In this document: positions 22,791 through 37,200 of the stretch, piece after piece | How the letters are laid out: every line of letters begins with the position of its first letter | How positions within the stretch are numbered: the stretch's first letter is position 1 | Assembly (NCBI GenBank): GCA_038087875.1 | Contig: JAXLNO010000443.1 | Coordinates: 1 to 40,521, forward strand | DNA from: Malacoraja senta | Lineage: Eukaryota | DNA length: 40,521 bases | Direction of reading: 5' to 3' | Translations under genes and position numbers: made by a program | Notes under the pieces: model-generated | The model's database searches: none | What the model saw: only the letters and a program-made list of their open reading frames with translations | What the model was told of the DNA's origin: nothing

Positions 22791-25700
22791 CTTGCCGGAG
22801 TTATGGCGACTTTGCAGATTTAAGGCAAACCTGCCGGATTTATGGCGACTTTGTCGGAAACATGGCGACCTCGCCGGATTTATGGCGACTTTGCAGATTT
22901 ATGGCGACCTTGCCGGATTTATGGCGACTTTGCAGGAAAAATGCCGACCTTGCCGGCAATATGGCGACCTTGCCGGATTTGGCGCGACATTGCCGGATTT
23001 ATGGCGACATTGCTGGAAATATGGCGACCTCGCCGGATTTATGGCGACCTTGCCGCATTTGTGGCGACCTTGCCGGATTTATGGAGATCTTGCCGGAAAT
23101 ATGGCGACATTGCCGGAAATGTGACGACCTTGCCGGATTTGTGGCGAACTTGCCGGATTTATGGCGATCTTGCCGGAAATGTGGCGACCTTGCCGGATAT
23201 GTGGCGACCTTGCCGGGTTTATGGCGACCTTGCCGGGAATGTGGCGATCTTGCCGGATTTATGGCGACATTCCCGGATTAATGGCGACCTTGCCGTAAAT
23301 GTGGCGACCTTGCCGGAAATGTGGCGACCCTGCTGGATTTGTGGCGACCTTGCCGGATTTATGGCGATCTTGCCCGGAATGTGGCGACCTTTCCGGATTT
23401 ATGGCGACATTCCCGGAATAATGGCGACCTTGCCGGAAATGTGGCGACCTTGCCGGATTTGTGGCGACCTTGCAGATTTATGGCGACCTTGCCGGATTTA
23501 TGGCGACTTTGCCGGGTATATGGCGACCTCGCCGGAATTATGGCGACTTTGCCGGATTTATGGCGACCTCGCCGGAAATATGACGACCTCGCCGGATTTA
23601 CGGCGACCTTGCCGGAAATATGGCGACATTGCGTGGTTTGTGGCGACCTTGCCGGATTTATGGCGACCTTGCCGGAAATGTGGCGACCTTGCCGGATTTG
23701 TGGCGACCTTGCCGGATTTATGGCGACCTAGCCGGAAATATGGCAACCTTGCCGGATTTGTGGCGACCTTGCCGGGTTTGTGGCGACCTTGCCAGAAATA
23801 TGGCGACCTTGCCGCATTTGTGTCGACCTTGCCGGATTTATGATGACATTGCCGGAAATGTGGCGACCTTGACGGAAATGTGGCGACCTTGCCGCATTTG
23901 TGGCGACCTTGCCGGATTTATGGCGACATTCCCGGATTATTGGCGACCTTGCCGGAAATGTGGCGACCTTGACGGATTTGTGGCGACCTTGCCCGATTTA
24001 TGGCGACCTTGGCTGAAATGTGGCGACCTTGACGGATTTGTGGCGACTTTGACGGATTTATGGCGGCCTTGCCGGGGATGTGGCGACCTTACCGGATTTG
24101 TGGCGATCTTGCCGGATTTATGGCGACCTTGCGGGAATTGTGGCGACCTTGCCTTATTTGTGGCGACCTTGCCGGATTTATGGCGACCTTGCCGCAAATG
24201 TGGCGACCTTGCCGGATTTGTGGCGAGGTTGCCGGAAATATGGCGACCTTGTGGGATTTGTGGCGACCTTGCCGGAAATGTGGCGACCTTGCCGAACTTG
24301 TAGCGACCTTGCCGGATTCATGGCGACCTTGTCGGAAATGTGGCGACCTTGACGGATTTGTGGCGACGATGCTGGATTTCTGGCGATCTTGCCGAAATAT
24401 TGCGACCTTGCCGGATTTGTGGCGACCTTGCCGGATTTATGGCGACCTAGCCGGGAATATGGCAACCTTGCCGGATTTGTGGCGACCTTGCCGGACTTGT
24501 GGCGACCTTGCCGGATTAATGGCGACCTTGCGGGAATTGTGGCGACCTTGCCTTATTTGTGGCGACCTTGCCGGATTTATGGCGACCTTGCCGCAAATGT
24601 GGCGACCTTGCCGGATTTGTGGCGAGGTTGCCGGAAATATGGCGACCTTGTGGGATTTGTGGCGACCTTGCCGGAAATGTGGCGACCTTGCCGAACTTGT
24701 AGCGACCTTGCCGGATTCATGGCGACCTTGTCGGAAATGTGGCGACCTTGACGGATTTGTGGCGACGATGCTGGATTTCTGGCGATCTTGCCGAAATGTT
24801 GCGACCTTGCCGGATTTGTGGCGACCTTGCCGGACCCATGGCGACCGTGCCGGAAATGTGGCGACCTTGCACAAAATATGGCGACCTTGCTGGATTTATG
24901 GCCTCCTAGCCGGATTTATGGCGACCGTGCTGGAAATACGGCGACCTTGCCGGAGTTATGGCGACTTTGCAGATTTAAGGCAAACCTGCCGGATTTATGG
25001 CGACTTTGTCGGAAACATGGCGACCTCGCCGGATTTATGGCGACTTTGCAGATTTATGGCGACCTTGCCGGATTTATGGCGACTTTGCAGGAAAAATGCC
25101 GACCTTGCCGGCAATATGGCGACCTTGCCGGATTTGGCGCGACATTGCCGGATTTATGGCGACATTGCTGGAAATATGGCGACCTCGCCGGATTTATGGC
25201 GACCTTGCCGCATTTGTGGCGACCTTGCCGGATTTATGGAGATCTTGCCGGAAATATGGCGACATTGCCGGAAATGTGACGACCTTGCCGGATTTGTGGC
25301 GAACTTGCCGGATTTATGGCGATCTTGCCGGAAATGTGGCGACCTTGCCGGATATGTGGCGACCTTGCCGGGTTTATGGCGACCTTGCCGGGAATGTGGC
25401 GATCTTGCCGGATTTATGGCGACATTCCCGGATTAATGGCGACCTTGCCGTAAATGTGGCGACCTTGCCGGAAATGTGGCGACCCTGCTGGATTTGTGGC
25501 GACCTTGCCGGATTTATGGCGATCTTGCCCGGAATGTGGCGACCTTTCCGGATTTATGGCGACATTCCCGGAATAATGGCGACCTTGCCGGAAATGTGGC
25601 GACCTTGCCGGATTTGTGGCGACCTTGCAGATTTATGGCGACCTTGCCGGATTTATGGCGACTTTGCCGGGTATATGGCGACCTCGCCGGAATTATGGCG

Positions 25701-26673
25701 ACTTTGCCGGATTTATGGCGACCTCGCCGGAAATATGACGACCTCGCCGGATTTACGGCGACCTTGCCGGAAATATGGCGACATTGCCTGGTTTGTGGCG
25801 ACCTTGCCGGATTTATGGCGACCTTGCCGGAAATGTGGCGACCTTGCCGGATTTGTGGCGACCTTGCCGGATTTATGGCGACCTAGCCGGAAATATGGCA
25901 ACCTTGCCGGATTTGTGGCGACCTTGCCGGGTTTGTGGCGACCTTGCCAGAAATATGGCGACCTTGCCGCATTTGTGTCGACCTTGCCGGATTTATGATG
26001 ACATTGCCGGAAATGTGGCGACCTTGACGGAAATGTGGCGACCTTGCCGCATTTGTGGCGACCTTGCCGGATTTATGGCGACATTCCCGGATTATTGGCG
26101 ACCTTGCCGGAAATGTGGCGACCTTGACGGATTTGTGGCGACCTTGCCCGATTTATGGCGACCTTGGCTGAAATGTGGCGACCTTGACGGATTTGTGGCG
26201 ACTTTGACGGATTTATGGCGGCCTTGCCGGGGATGTGGCGACCTTACCGGATTTGTGGCGATCTTGCCGGATTTATGGCGACCTTGCGGGAATTGTGGCG
26301 ACCTTGCCTTATTTGTGGCGACCTTGCCGGATTTATGGCGACCTTGCCGCAAATGTGGCGACCTTGCCGGATTTGTGGCGAGGTTGCCGGAAATATGGCG
26401 ACCTTGTGGGATTTGTGGCGACCTTGCCGGAAATGTGGCGACCTTGCCGAACTTGTAGCGACCTTGCCGGATTCATGGCGACCTTGTCGGAAATGTGGCG
26501 ACCTTGACGGATTTGTGGCGACGATGCTGGATTTCTGGCGATCTTGCCGAAATATTGCGACCTTGCCGGATTTGTGGCGACCTTGCCGGATTTATGGCGA
26601 CCTAGCCGGGAATATGGCAACCTTGCCGGATTTGTGGCGACCTTGCCGGACTTGTGGCGACCTTGCCGGATTA
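22364..26673 (+). repeat. Near-perfect 2155-bp tandem duplication
   Basis: Constant offset 2155 (22633/24788, 22842/24997, 23321/25476, 23937/26092, 24389/26544). I noticed one substitution, G23633 vs C25788. Confidence 0.92.
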
Positions 26674-29589
26674 ATGGCGACGTTGCCGGGAATATGGCGA
26701 CCTTGCCGCATTTGTGGCGACCCTGCCTGATTTATGGTGACCTTGCCGGAAATATGGCGACCTTGCCGGAAATGTGGCGTCCTTGCCGGATTTGTTTCGA
26801 CCCTGCCGGATATATGGCCACCTTGCCGGAAATATGGTGACCTTGGCGGATGTGTGGCGACCTTGCCGGATTTATGGCGATCTTTCCGAGAATGTGGCGA
26901 CCTTGCCGAATTTATGGCGACCTAGTTGGATTTATGGCGAACTTGCCGGATTTATGGCGACCTTGCCGGAAATGTGGCGATCTTGCTGGATTTGTGGCGA
27001 CCTTGCCGGATTTATGGCGACCTTGCCGGAAATATGGCGACCTTGCCGGATTTGCGGCGTCGTTGTCTGATTTATGGCGACCTTGCCGGGAATGTGGCGA
27101 CCTTGCCGGATTTATGGCGACATTCCCGGATTAATGGCGACCTTGCCGGAAATGTGGCGACCTTGCCGGATTTTTGGCGACCTTGCCCGATTTATGGCGA
27201 CATTGGCTGAAATGTGGCGACCGTGACGGATTTTTGGCGACCTTGACTGATTTATGGCGACCTTGCCGGGGATGTGGCGACTTTACCGGATTTGTGGCGA
27301 CCTTGCCGGATTTATGGCGAACACGACGGAAATGTTGCGATCTTGCCGGATTGTTGGTGACTTTGCCGGATGTATGGCCGCCTCGCCGGAAATGTGGCGA
27401 CCTGGCCTGGTTTGTGGCGACCTTGCCGGATTTATGGCGACCTTGCCGGAAATCTGGCGACCTTGCCGGATTTGTGGGTACCTTGTCGGATTTATGGCGA
27501 CCTTGCCGGCAATATGGCGACCTTGCCGGATTTGGGGCGACTTGCCGGATTTATGGCGACCTTGCCGGAAATATTGCGACCTTGCCGGATTTGTGGCGAC
27601 CTTGCCGGATTTATGGCGACGTTGCCGGAATTGTGGCGACATTGCCGTATTTGTGGCGACCTTGCCTGATTTATGGCGACCTTGCCGCAAATGTGGCGAC
27701 CTTGCCGCAAATGTGGTGACCTTGCCGGATTTGTGGCGAGGTTGCCGGATTTATGGCGATCTTGTGGGATTTGTGGCGACCTTGCCGGATTTATGGCGAC
27801 CTTGCCGGAAATGTGGCGACCTTGCCGGTCTTGTGGCGACCTTGCCGGATTCATGGCGACCTTGCCGGAAATGTGGCGACCTTGCCGGATTTGTGGCGAC
27901 GATGCCGGATTTCAGGTGATCTTGACGAAATGTTGCGACCTTGCCGGATCTATGGCGACCTTGCCGGAAATGTGGCGACCTAGCCGGATTTATGGCGACC
28001 GTGCCGGAAATACGGCGACCTTGCCGGAGTTATGGCGACTTTACAGATTTATGGAAAACTTGCCGGATTTATGGCGACTGCCGGAAATATGGCGACAACG
28101 CCGGAATTATGGCGACCTTGCCGGATTTATGGCGACCTCGCCGGAAATATGGCGACCTCGCCGGATTTATGGCGACCTTGCCGGAAATGTGGCGACCTTG
28201 CCGGAAATGTGGCGACCCTGCTGGACCTGTGGCGACCTTGCCGGATTTATGGCGACCTTGCCGGAAATGTGGCGACCTTGCCGGATTTGTGGCGACCTTG
28301 CCGGATTTATGGCAACCTTGCCCGGAATGTGGCGACCTTGCCGGATTTATGGCGATATTACCGGATTAATGGCGACCTTGCCGGAAATGTGACGACCTTG
28401 CCGGATTTGTGGCGACCTTGCCGGATTTATGGCGACCTTGCCTGAAATGTGGCGAACTAGACGGATTTGTGGCGACCTTGCAAGATTGATGGCGACCTTG
28501 CCGGGGATGTGGCGACCTTGCCGGATTTATGGCGTCCTAGCCGGATTTATGGCGACCTTGCCGGAAATATGGCGACCTTGCCGCATTTATGGCGACCTTG
28601 CTGGATTTGTGGCGACCTTGCCGGATTAATGGCGACCTTGCCGGAAATGTGGCGACCTTGCCGGATTTGTGGCGACCTTGCCGGGAAAATGGCTGCCTCG
28701 CCGGATTTATGGCGACCTTGCGGGATATGTGGCGACCTTGCCGGATTTATGGCGACCTCGCCGTATTTATGGCGACCTTGCCGGATTTGTGGCGACTTTG
28801 CCGGATTGTTGGCGACCTCGCCGGGGATGTGGCGACCTTGCCGGATTTATGGCGACATTGCCGGATTTATGGCGACCTTGCCGGAAATCTGGCGACCTTG
28901 CAGGATTTGTGGGTACCTTGTCGGATTTTTGGCGACCTTGCCGGCAATATGGCGACCTTGCCGGATTTGGGGCGACTTGCCGGATTTATGGCGACCTTGC
29001 CGGAAATATTGCGACCTTGCCGGATTTGTGGCGACCTTGCCGGATTTATGGCGACCTAGCCGGGAATATGGCAACCTTGCCGGATTTGTGGCGACCTTGC
29101 CGGATTTGTGGCGACCTTGCCGGATTAATGGCGACGTTGCCGGGAATATGGCGACCTTGCCGCATTTGTGGCGACCCTGCCGGATTTATGGTGACCTTGC
29201 CGGAAATATGGCGACCTTGCCGGAAATGTGGCGTCCTTGCTGGATTTGTGGCGACCTTGCCGGATATATGGCGACCTTGCCGGAAATATGGTGACCTTGG
29301 CGGATATGTGGCGACCTTGCCGGATTTATGGCGATCTTTCCGAGAATGTGGCGACCTTGCCGAATTTATGGCGACCTTGTCGGATTTGTGGCGAACTTGC
29401 CGGATTTATGGCGACCTTGACGGAAATGTGGCGACCTTGCCGGATTTGTGGCGACCTTGTGGGATTTATGGCGACCGTGCCGGAAATACGGCGACCTTGC
29501 CGGAGTTATGGCGACTTTGCAGATTATCTCAAACTTGCCGGATTTATGGCGACTTTGCCGGAAATATGGCGATATCGCCGGAATTATGG

Positions 29590-32200
29590 CGACCTTGCCG
29601 GATTTATGGCGACCTCGCCGGAAATATGGCGACCTCGCCGGATTTATGGCGACCGTGCCGGAAATATGGCGACCTTGCCGGATTTATGGCGACCTTGCCG
29701 CATTTGTGGCGACCTTGTCGGATTTATGGTGATCTTGCCGGAAATATGGCGACATTGCCGGAAATGTGGCGACCTTGCCGGATTTGTGGCGACCTTGCCG
29801 GAAATGTTGCGACCTTGCAGGAAATGTGGCGACCATGCTGGATTTGTGGCGACCTTGCCGGATTTATGGCGACCTTGCCGGAAATGTGGCGACCTTGCCG
29901 CATTTGTGGCGACCTTGCTGGATTTGTGGCGACCTTGCCGGATTTATGGCGACCTTGCCGGAAATGTGGCGACCTTGCCGGATTTGCGGCGACCTTATCT
30001 GATTTATGGCGACATTGCCGGGAATGTGGCGACCTTGCCGGATTTATGGCGACATTCCCGGATTAATGGCGACCTTGCCGGAAATGTGGCGACCTTGACG
30101 GATTTGTGGCGACCTTGACGGATTTATGGCGACATTGCCGGGGATGTGGCGACCTTACCGGATATGTGGCGACCTTGCCGGATTTATAGCGACCTTGCCG
30201 GAATTGCGGCGACCTTGCCGTATTTGTGGCGACCTTGCCGGATTTGTGGCGAGGTTGCCGGATTTATGGCGACCATGTGGGATTTGTGGCGACCTTGCCG
30301 GATTTATGGCGACCTTGCCGGAAATGTGGCGACCTTGCCGGATTTGCGGCGACCTTGTCTGATTTATGGCGACCTTGCCGGGAATGTGGCGACCTTGCCG
30401 GATTTATGGCGACCTTGCCGGATCTATGGCGACCTTGCCGGAAATGTGGCGACGTTCCCGGATTTGACGCGACCTTGCCGGAAATATGGCGACCTTGCCA
30501 GATTTATGGCGTCCTAGCCGGATTTATGGCGACCGTGCCGGAAATACGGCGACCTTGCCGGAGTTATGGCGACTTTGCAGAATTATGGCAAACTTGCCGG
30601 ATTTATGGCGACCTCGCCGGAAATATGGCGACCTCGCCGGATTTATGGCGACCGTGCCGGAAATATGGCGACCTTGCCGGATTTATGGCGACCTTGCCTC
30701 ATTTGTGGCGACCTTGCCGGATTTATGGTGATCTTGCCGGAAATATGGCGACATTGCCGGAAATGTGGCGACCTTGCCGGATTTGTGGCGACCTTGCCGG
30801 AAATGTTGCGACCATGCAGGAAATGTGGCGACCATGCTGGATTTGTGGCGACCTTGCCGGATTTATGGCGAACTTGCCGGAAATGTGGCGACCTTGCCGC
30901 ATTTGTGGCGACCTTGCTGGATTTGTGGCGACCTTGCCGGATTTATGGCGACCTTGCCGGAAATGTGGCGACCTTGCCGGATTTGCGGCGACCTTATCTG
31001 ATTTATTGCGACCTTGCCGGGAATGTGGCGACCTTGCCGGATTTATGGCGACATTCCCGGATTAATGGCGACCTTGCCGGAAATGTGGCGACCTTGACGG
31101 ATTTGTGGCGACCTTGACGGATTTATGGCGACCTTGCCGGGGATGTGGCGACCTTACCGGATATGTGGCGACCTTGCCGGATTTATGGCGACCTTGCCGG
31201 AATTGCGGCGACCTTGCCGTATTTGTGGCGACCTTGCCGGATTTGTGGCGAGGTTGCCGGATTTATGGCGACCATGTGGGATTTGTGGCGACCTTGCCGG
31301 ATTTATGGCGACCTTGCCGGAAATGTGGCGACCTTGCCGGATTTGCGGCGACCTTGTCTGATTTATGGCGACCTTGCCGGGAATGTGGCGACCTTGCCGG
31401 ATTTATGGCGACCTTGCCGGATCTATGGCGACCTTGCCGGAAATGTGGCGACGTTCCCGGATTTGACGCGACCTTGCCGGAAATATGGCGACCTTGCCGG
31501 ATTTATGGCGTCCTAGCCGGATTTATGGCGACCGTGCCGGAAATACGACGACTTTGCCGGAGTTATGGCGACTTTGCAGATTTATGGCAAACTTGCCGGA
31601 TTTATGGCGACTTTGCCGGAAATATGGCGACATCGCCGGAATTATGGCGACCTTGCCGGATTTATGGCGACCTCGCCGGAAATATGGCGACCTCGCCGGA
31701 TTTATGGCGACCGTGCCGGAAATATGGCGACCTTGACGGATTTGTGGCGACCTTGACGGATTTATGGCGACCTTGCCGGGGATGTGGCGACCTTACCGGA
31801 TATGTGGCGACCTTGCCGGATTTATGGCGACCTTGCCGGAATTGCGGCGACCTTGCCGTATTTGTGGCGACCTTGCCGGATTTGTGGCGAGGTTGCCGGA
31901 TTTATGGCGACCATGTGGGATTTGTGGCGACCTTGCCGGATTTATGGCGACCTTGCCGGAAATGTGGCGACCTTGCCGGATTTGCGGCGACCTTGTCTGA
32001 TTTATGGCGACCTTGCCGGGAATGTGGCGACCTTGCCGGATTTATGGCGACCTTGCCGGATCTATGGCGACCTTGCCGGAAATGTGGCGACGTTCCCGGA
32101 TTTGACGCGACCTTGCGGGAAATATGGCGACCTTGCTGGATTTATGGCGTCCTAGCCGGATTTATGGCGACCGTGCCGGAAATACGGCGACCTTGCCGGA
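29590..32200 (+). repeat. 999-bp tandem duplication plus a 639-bp-offset partial third copy
   Basis: ORF pairs 29766/30765, 30126/31125/31764 and 30146/31145/31784. Ends are approximate. Confidence 0.85.
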
Positions 32201-34219
32201 GTTAAGGCGACCTCGCCGGAAATATGGCGACCTCGCCGGATTTATGGCGACCGTGCCGGAAATATGGCGACCTTGCCGGATTTATGGCGACCTTGCCGCA
32301 TTTGTGGCGACCTTGCCGGATTTATGGCGATCTTGCCGGATTTATGGCGTCCTAGCCGGATTTATGGCGACCGTGCCGGAAATACGGCGACCTTGCCGGA
32401 GTTAAGGCGACCTCGCCGGAAATATGGCGACCTCGCCGGATTTATGGCGACCGTGCCGGAAATATGGCGACATTGCCGGAAATGTGGCGACCTTGCCGGA
32501 TTTGTGGCGACCTTGCCGGAAATGTTGCGACCTTGCAGGAAATGTGGCGACCATGCTGGATTTGTCGCGACCTTGCCGGATTTATGGCGACCTTGCCGGA
32601 AATGTGGCGACCTTGCCGCATTTGTGGCGACCTTGCTGGATTTATGGCGACCTTGCCGGGGATGTGGCGACCTTACCGGACATGTGGCGACCTTGCCGGA
32701 TTTATGGCGACCTTGCCGGAATTGCGGCGACCTTGCCGGATATGTGGCGACCTTGCCGGATTTGTGGCGAGGTTGCCGGATTTATGGCGACCTTGTGGGA
32801 TTTGTGGCGACCTTGCCGGATTTATGGCGACCTTGCCGGAAATGTGGCGACCTTGCCGGACTTGTGGCGACCTTGCCGGATTCATGGCGACCTTGCCGGA
32901 AATGTTGCGACCTTGCCGGAATGGTGGCGACCTTGCCGGATCTATGGCGACCTTGCCGGAAATGTGGCGACCTTGCCGGATTTGACGCGACCTTGCCGGA
33001 AATATGGCGACCTTGCCGGATTTATGGCGTCCTAGCCGGATTTATGGCGACCGTGCCGGAAATACGGCGACCTTGCCGGAGTTATGGCGACTTTGCAGAT
33101 TTATGGCAAACTTGCCGGATTTATGGCGACTTTGCCGGAAATATGGCGACATCGCCGGAATTATGGCCACCTTGCCGGATTTATGGCGACCTCGCCGGAA
33201 ATATGGCGACCTCGCCGGATTTATGGCGACCTTGCTGGAAATGTGGCGACCTTGCCGGACTTATGGCGACCTTGCCGCATTTGTGGCGACCTTGCCGGAT
33301 TTATGGTGATCTTGCCGGAAATATGGCGACATTGCCGGAAATGTGGCGACCTTGCCGGATTTGTGGCGAGGTTTCCGGATTTATGGCGACCTTGTGGGAT
33401 TTGTGGCGACCTTGCCGGATTTATGGCGACCTTGCCGGAAATGTGGCGACCTTGCCGGACTTGTGGCGACCTTGCCGGATTCATGGCGACCTTGCCGGAA
33501 ATGTGGCGACCTTGCCGGATTTGTGGCGACGATGCCGGATTTCTGGCGATCTTGCCGAAATGTTGCGACCTTGCCGGAATGGTGGCGGACCTTTCCGGAT
33601 CTATGGCGACCTTGCCGGAAATGTGGCGACCTTGCCGGATTTGACGCGACCTTGCCGGAAATATGGCGACCTTGCCGGATTTATGGCGTCCTAGCCGGAT
33701 TTATGGCGACCGTGCCGGAAATACGGCGACCTTGCCGGAGTTATGGCGACTTTGCAGATTTATGGCAAGCTTGCCGGATTTATGGCGACTTAGCCGGATA
33801 TATGGCGACCTCCCCGGATTTATGGCGACCTTGCCGGAAATATGGCGACCTTGCCCGAAATGTGACGACCCTGCTGGATTTGTGGCGACCTTGCCGGATT
33901 TATGGCGACCTTGCCAGAAATGTGGCGACCTTGCCGCATTTGTGGCGACCTTGCCGGATTTATGGCGGTCTTGCCCGGAATGTGGCGACCTTGCCGGATT
34001 TATGGCGACATTCCCGGATTAATGGCGAACTTGCCGGAAATGTGGCGACCTTGCCGCATTTGTGGCGACCTTGCTGGATTTGTGGCGACCTTGCCGGATT
34101 TATGGCGACCTTGCCGGAAATGTGGCGACCTTGCCGGATTTGCGGCGACCTTATCTGATTTATGGCGACCTTGCCGGGAATGTGGCGACCTTGCTGGATT
34201 TATGGCGACATTCCCGGAT

Positions 34220-37200
34220 TAATGGCGTCCTTGCCGGAAATGTGGCGACCTTGCCGGATTTTTGGCGACCTTGCCCGATTTATGGCGACATTGGCTGAAA
34301 TGTGGCGACCTTGACCGATTTGTGGCGACATTGACGGATTTATGGCGACCTTGCCGGGGATGTGGCGACCTTACCGGATATGTGGCGACCTTGCCGGATA
34401 TATGGCGACCTTGCCGGAATTTTGGCGACCTTTGCCGTATTTGTGGCGACCTTGCCGGATTTATGGCGACCTTGCCGCAAATGTGGCGACCTTGCCGCAA
34501 ATGTGGCGACCTTGCCGGATTTGCGGCGACGTTGTCTGATTTATGGCGACCTTGCCGGGAATGTGGCGACCTTGCCGGATTTATGGCGACATTCCCGGAC
34601 TAATGGCGACCTTGCCGGAAATGTGGCGACCTTGCCGGATTTTTGGCGACCTTGCCCGATTTATGGCGACATTGGCTGTAATGTGGCGACCTTGCCGGAT
34701 TTTTGGCGACCTTGCCCGATTTATGGCGACATTGGCTGAAATGTGGCGACCTTGACGGATTTGTGGCGACATTGACGGATTTATGGCGACCTTGCCGGGG
34801 ATGTGGCGACCTTACCGGATATGTGGCGACCTTGCCGGATATATGGCGACCTTGCCGGAATTTTGGCGACCTTGCCGTATTTGTGGCGACCTTGCCGGAT
34901 TTATGGCGACCTTGCCGCAAATGTGGCGACCTTGCCGCAAATGTGGCGACCTTGCCGGATTTGCGGCGACGTTGTCTGATTTATGGCGACCTTGCCGGGA
35001 ATGTGGCGACCTTGCCGGATTTATGGCGACATTCCCGGACTAATGGCGACCTTGCCGGAAATGTGGCGACATTGCCGGATTTTTGGCGACCTTGCCCGAT
35101 TTATGGCGACATTGGCTGTAATGTGGCGACCTTGACGGATTTGTGGCGACCTTGACGGATTATGGCGACCTTGCCGGGGATGTGGCGACCTTACCGGATT
35201 TGTGGCGACCTTGCCGGATTTATGGCGACCTTGCCGGAATTGTGGCGCCCTTGCGGTATTTGTGGCGACCTTGCCGGATTTATGGCGACCTTGCCGCAAA
35301 TGTGGCGACCTTGCCGCAAATGTGGCGACCTTGCCGGATTTGTGGCGAAGTTGCCGGATTTATGGCGATCTTGCCGAAATGTTGCGACCTTGCCGGATTT
35401 ATGGCGACCGTGCCGGAAATACAGCGACCTTACCGGAGTTATGGCGACTTTACAGATTTATGGCAAACTTGTCGGATTTATGGCGACTTTGTCGGAAATA
35501 TGGCGACATCGCCGGAATTATGGCGACCTAGCCGGAAATATGGCGACCTCGCCGGATTTATGGCGACCTAGCCGGAAATATGGCGACCTTGCCGGGTTTA
35601 TGGCGACCTTGCCGCATTTGTGGCGACCTTGCCGGATTTATGGTGATCTTGCCGGAAATATGGCGACATTGCCGGAAATGTGGCAACCTTGCCGGATTTG
35701 TGGCGACCTTGCCGGAAATGTGGCGACCTTGCCGGAAATGTGGCGACCCTGCTGGATTTGTGGCGACCTTGCCAGATTTATGGCGACATTGCCGGAAATG
35801 TGTCGACCTTGCCGAATTTGTGGCGACCTTGCCGGAAATGTGGCGACCTTGCCGGAAATGTGGCGACCCTTTTGGATTTGTGGCGACCTTGCCGGATTTA
35901 TGGCGACCTTGCCGGAAATGTGGCGACCTTGCCGGGATTTGTGGCGACCTTGCCGGATTTATGGCGGTCTTGCCCGGAATGTGGCGACCTTGCCGGATTT
36001 ATGGCGACATTCCCGGATTATTGGCGGCCTTGCCGGAAATGTGGCGACCTTGCCGGATTTTTGGCGACCTTGCCCGATTTATGGCGACATTGGCTGAAAT
36101 GTGGCGACCTTGACGGATTTGTGGCGACATTGACGGATTTATGGCGACCTTGCCGGGGATGTGGCGACCTTACCGGATATGTGGCGACCTTGCCGGATAT
36201 ATGGCGACCTTGCCGGAATTTTGGCGACCTTGCCGTATTTGTGGCGACCTTGCCGGATTTATGGCGACCTTGCCGCAAATGTGGCGACCTTGCCGCAAAT
36301 GTGGCGACCTTGCCGGATTTGCGGCGACGTTGTCTGATTTATGGCGACCTTGCCGGGAATGTGGCGACCTTGCCGAATTTATGGCGACATTCCCGGACTA
36401 ATGGCGACCTTGCCGGAAATGTGGCGACCTTGCCGGATTTTTGGCGACCTTGCCCGATTTATGGCGACATTGGCTGAAATGTGGCGACCTTGACGGATTT
36501 GTGGCGACCTTGACGGATTTATGGCGACCTTACCGGGGATGTGGCGACCTTACCGGATTTGTGGCGACCTTGCCGGATTTATGGCGACCTTGCCTGTATT
36601 GTGGCGACCTTGCGGTATTTGTGGCGACCTTGCCGGATTTATGGCGACATTGCCGCAAATGTGGCGACCTTGCCGCAAATGTGGCAACCTTGCCGCAAAT
36701 GTGGCGACCTTGCCGGATTTGTGGCGAAGTTGCCGGATTTATGGCGACCTTGCCGGAAATGTGGCGACCTTGCCGGACTTGTGGCGACCTTGCCGGATTC
36801 ATGGCGACCTTGCCGGTAATGTGGCGACCTTGCCGGATTTGTGGCGACGATGGCGGATTTCAGGCGATCTTGCCGAAATGTTGCGACCTTGCCGGATTTA
36901 TGGCGACCGTGCCGGAAATACGGCGACCTTGCCGGAGTTACGGCGACTTTACAGATTTATGCAAACTTGTCGGATTTATGGCGACTTTGTCGGAAATATG
37001 GCGACATCGCCGGAATTATGGCGACCTAGCCGGAAATATGGCGACCTCGCCGGATTTAAGGCGACCTAGCCGGAAATATGGCGACCTTGCCGGATTTATG
37101 GCGACCTTGCCGCATTTGTGGCGACCTTGTCGTATTTATGGTGATCTTGCCGGAAATATGGCGACATTGCCGGAAATGTGGCAACCTTGCCGGATTTGTG

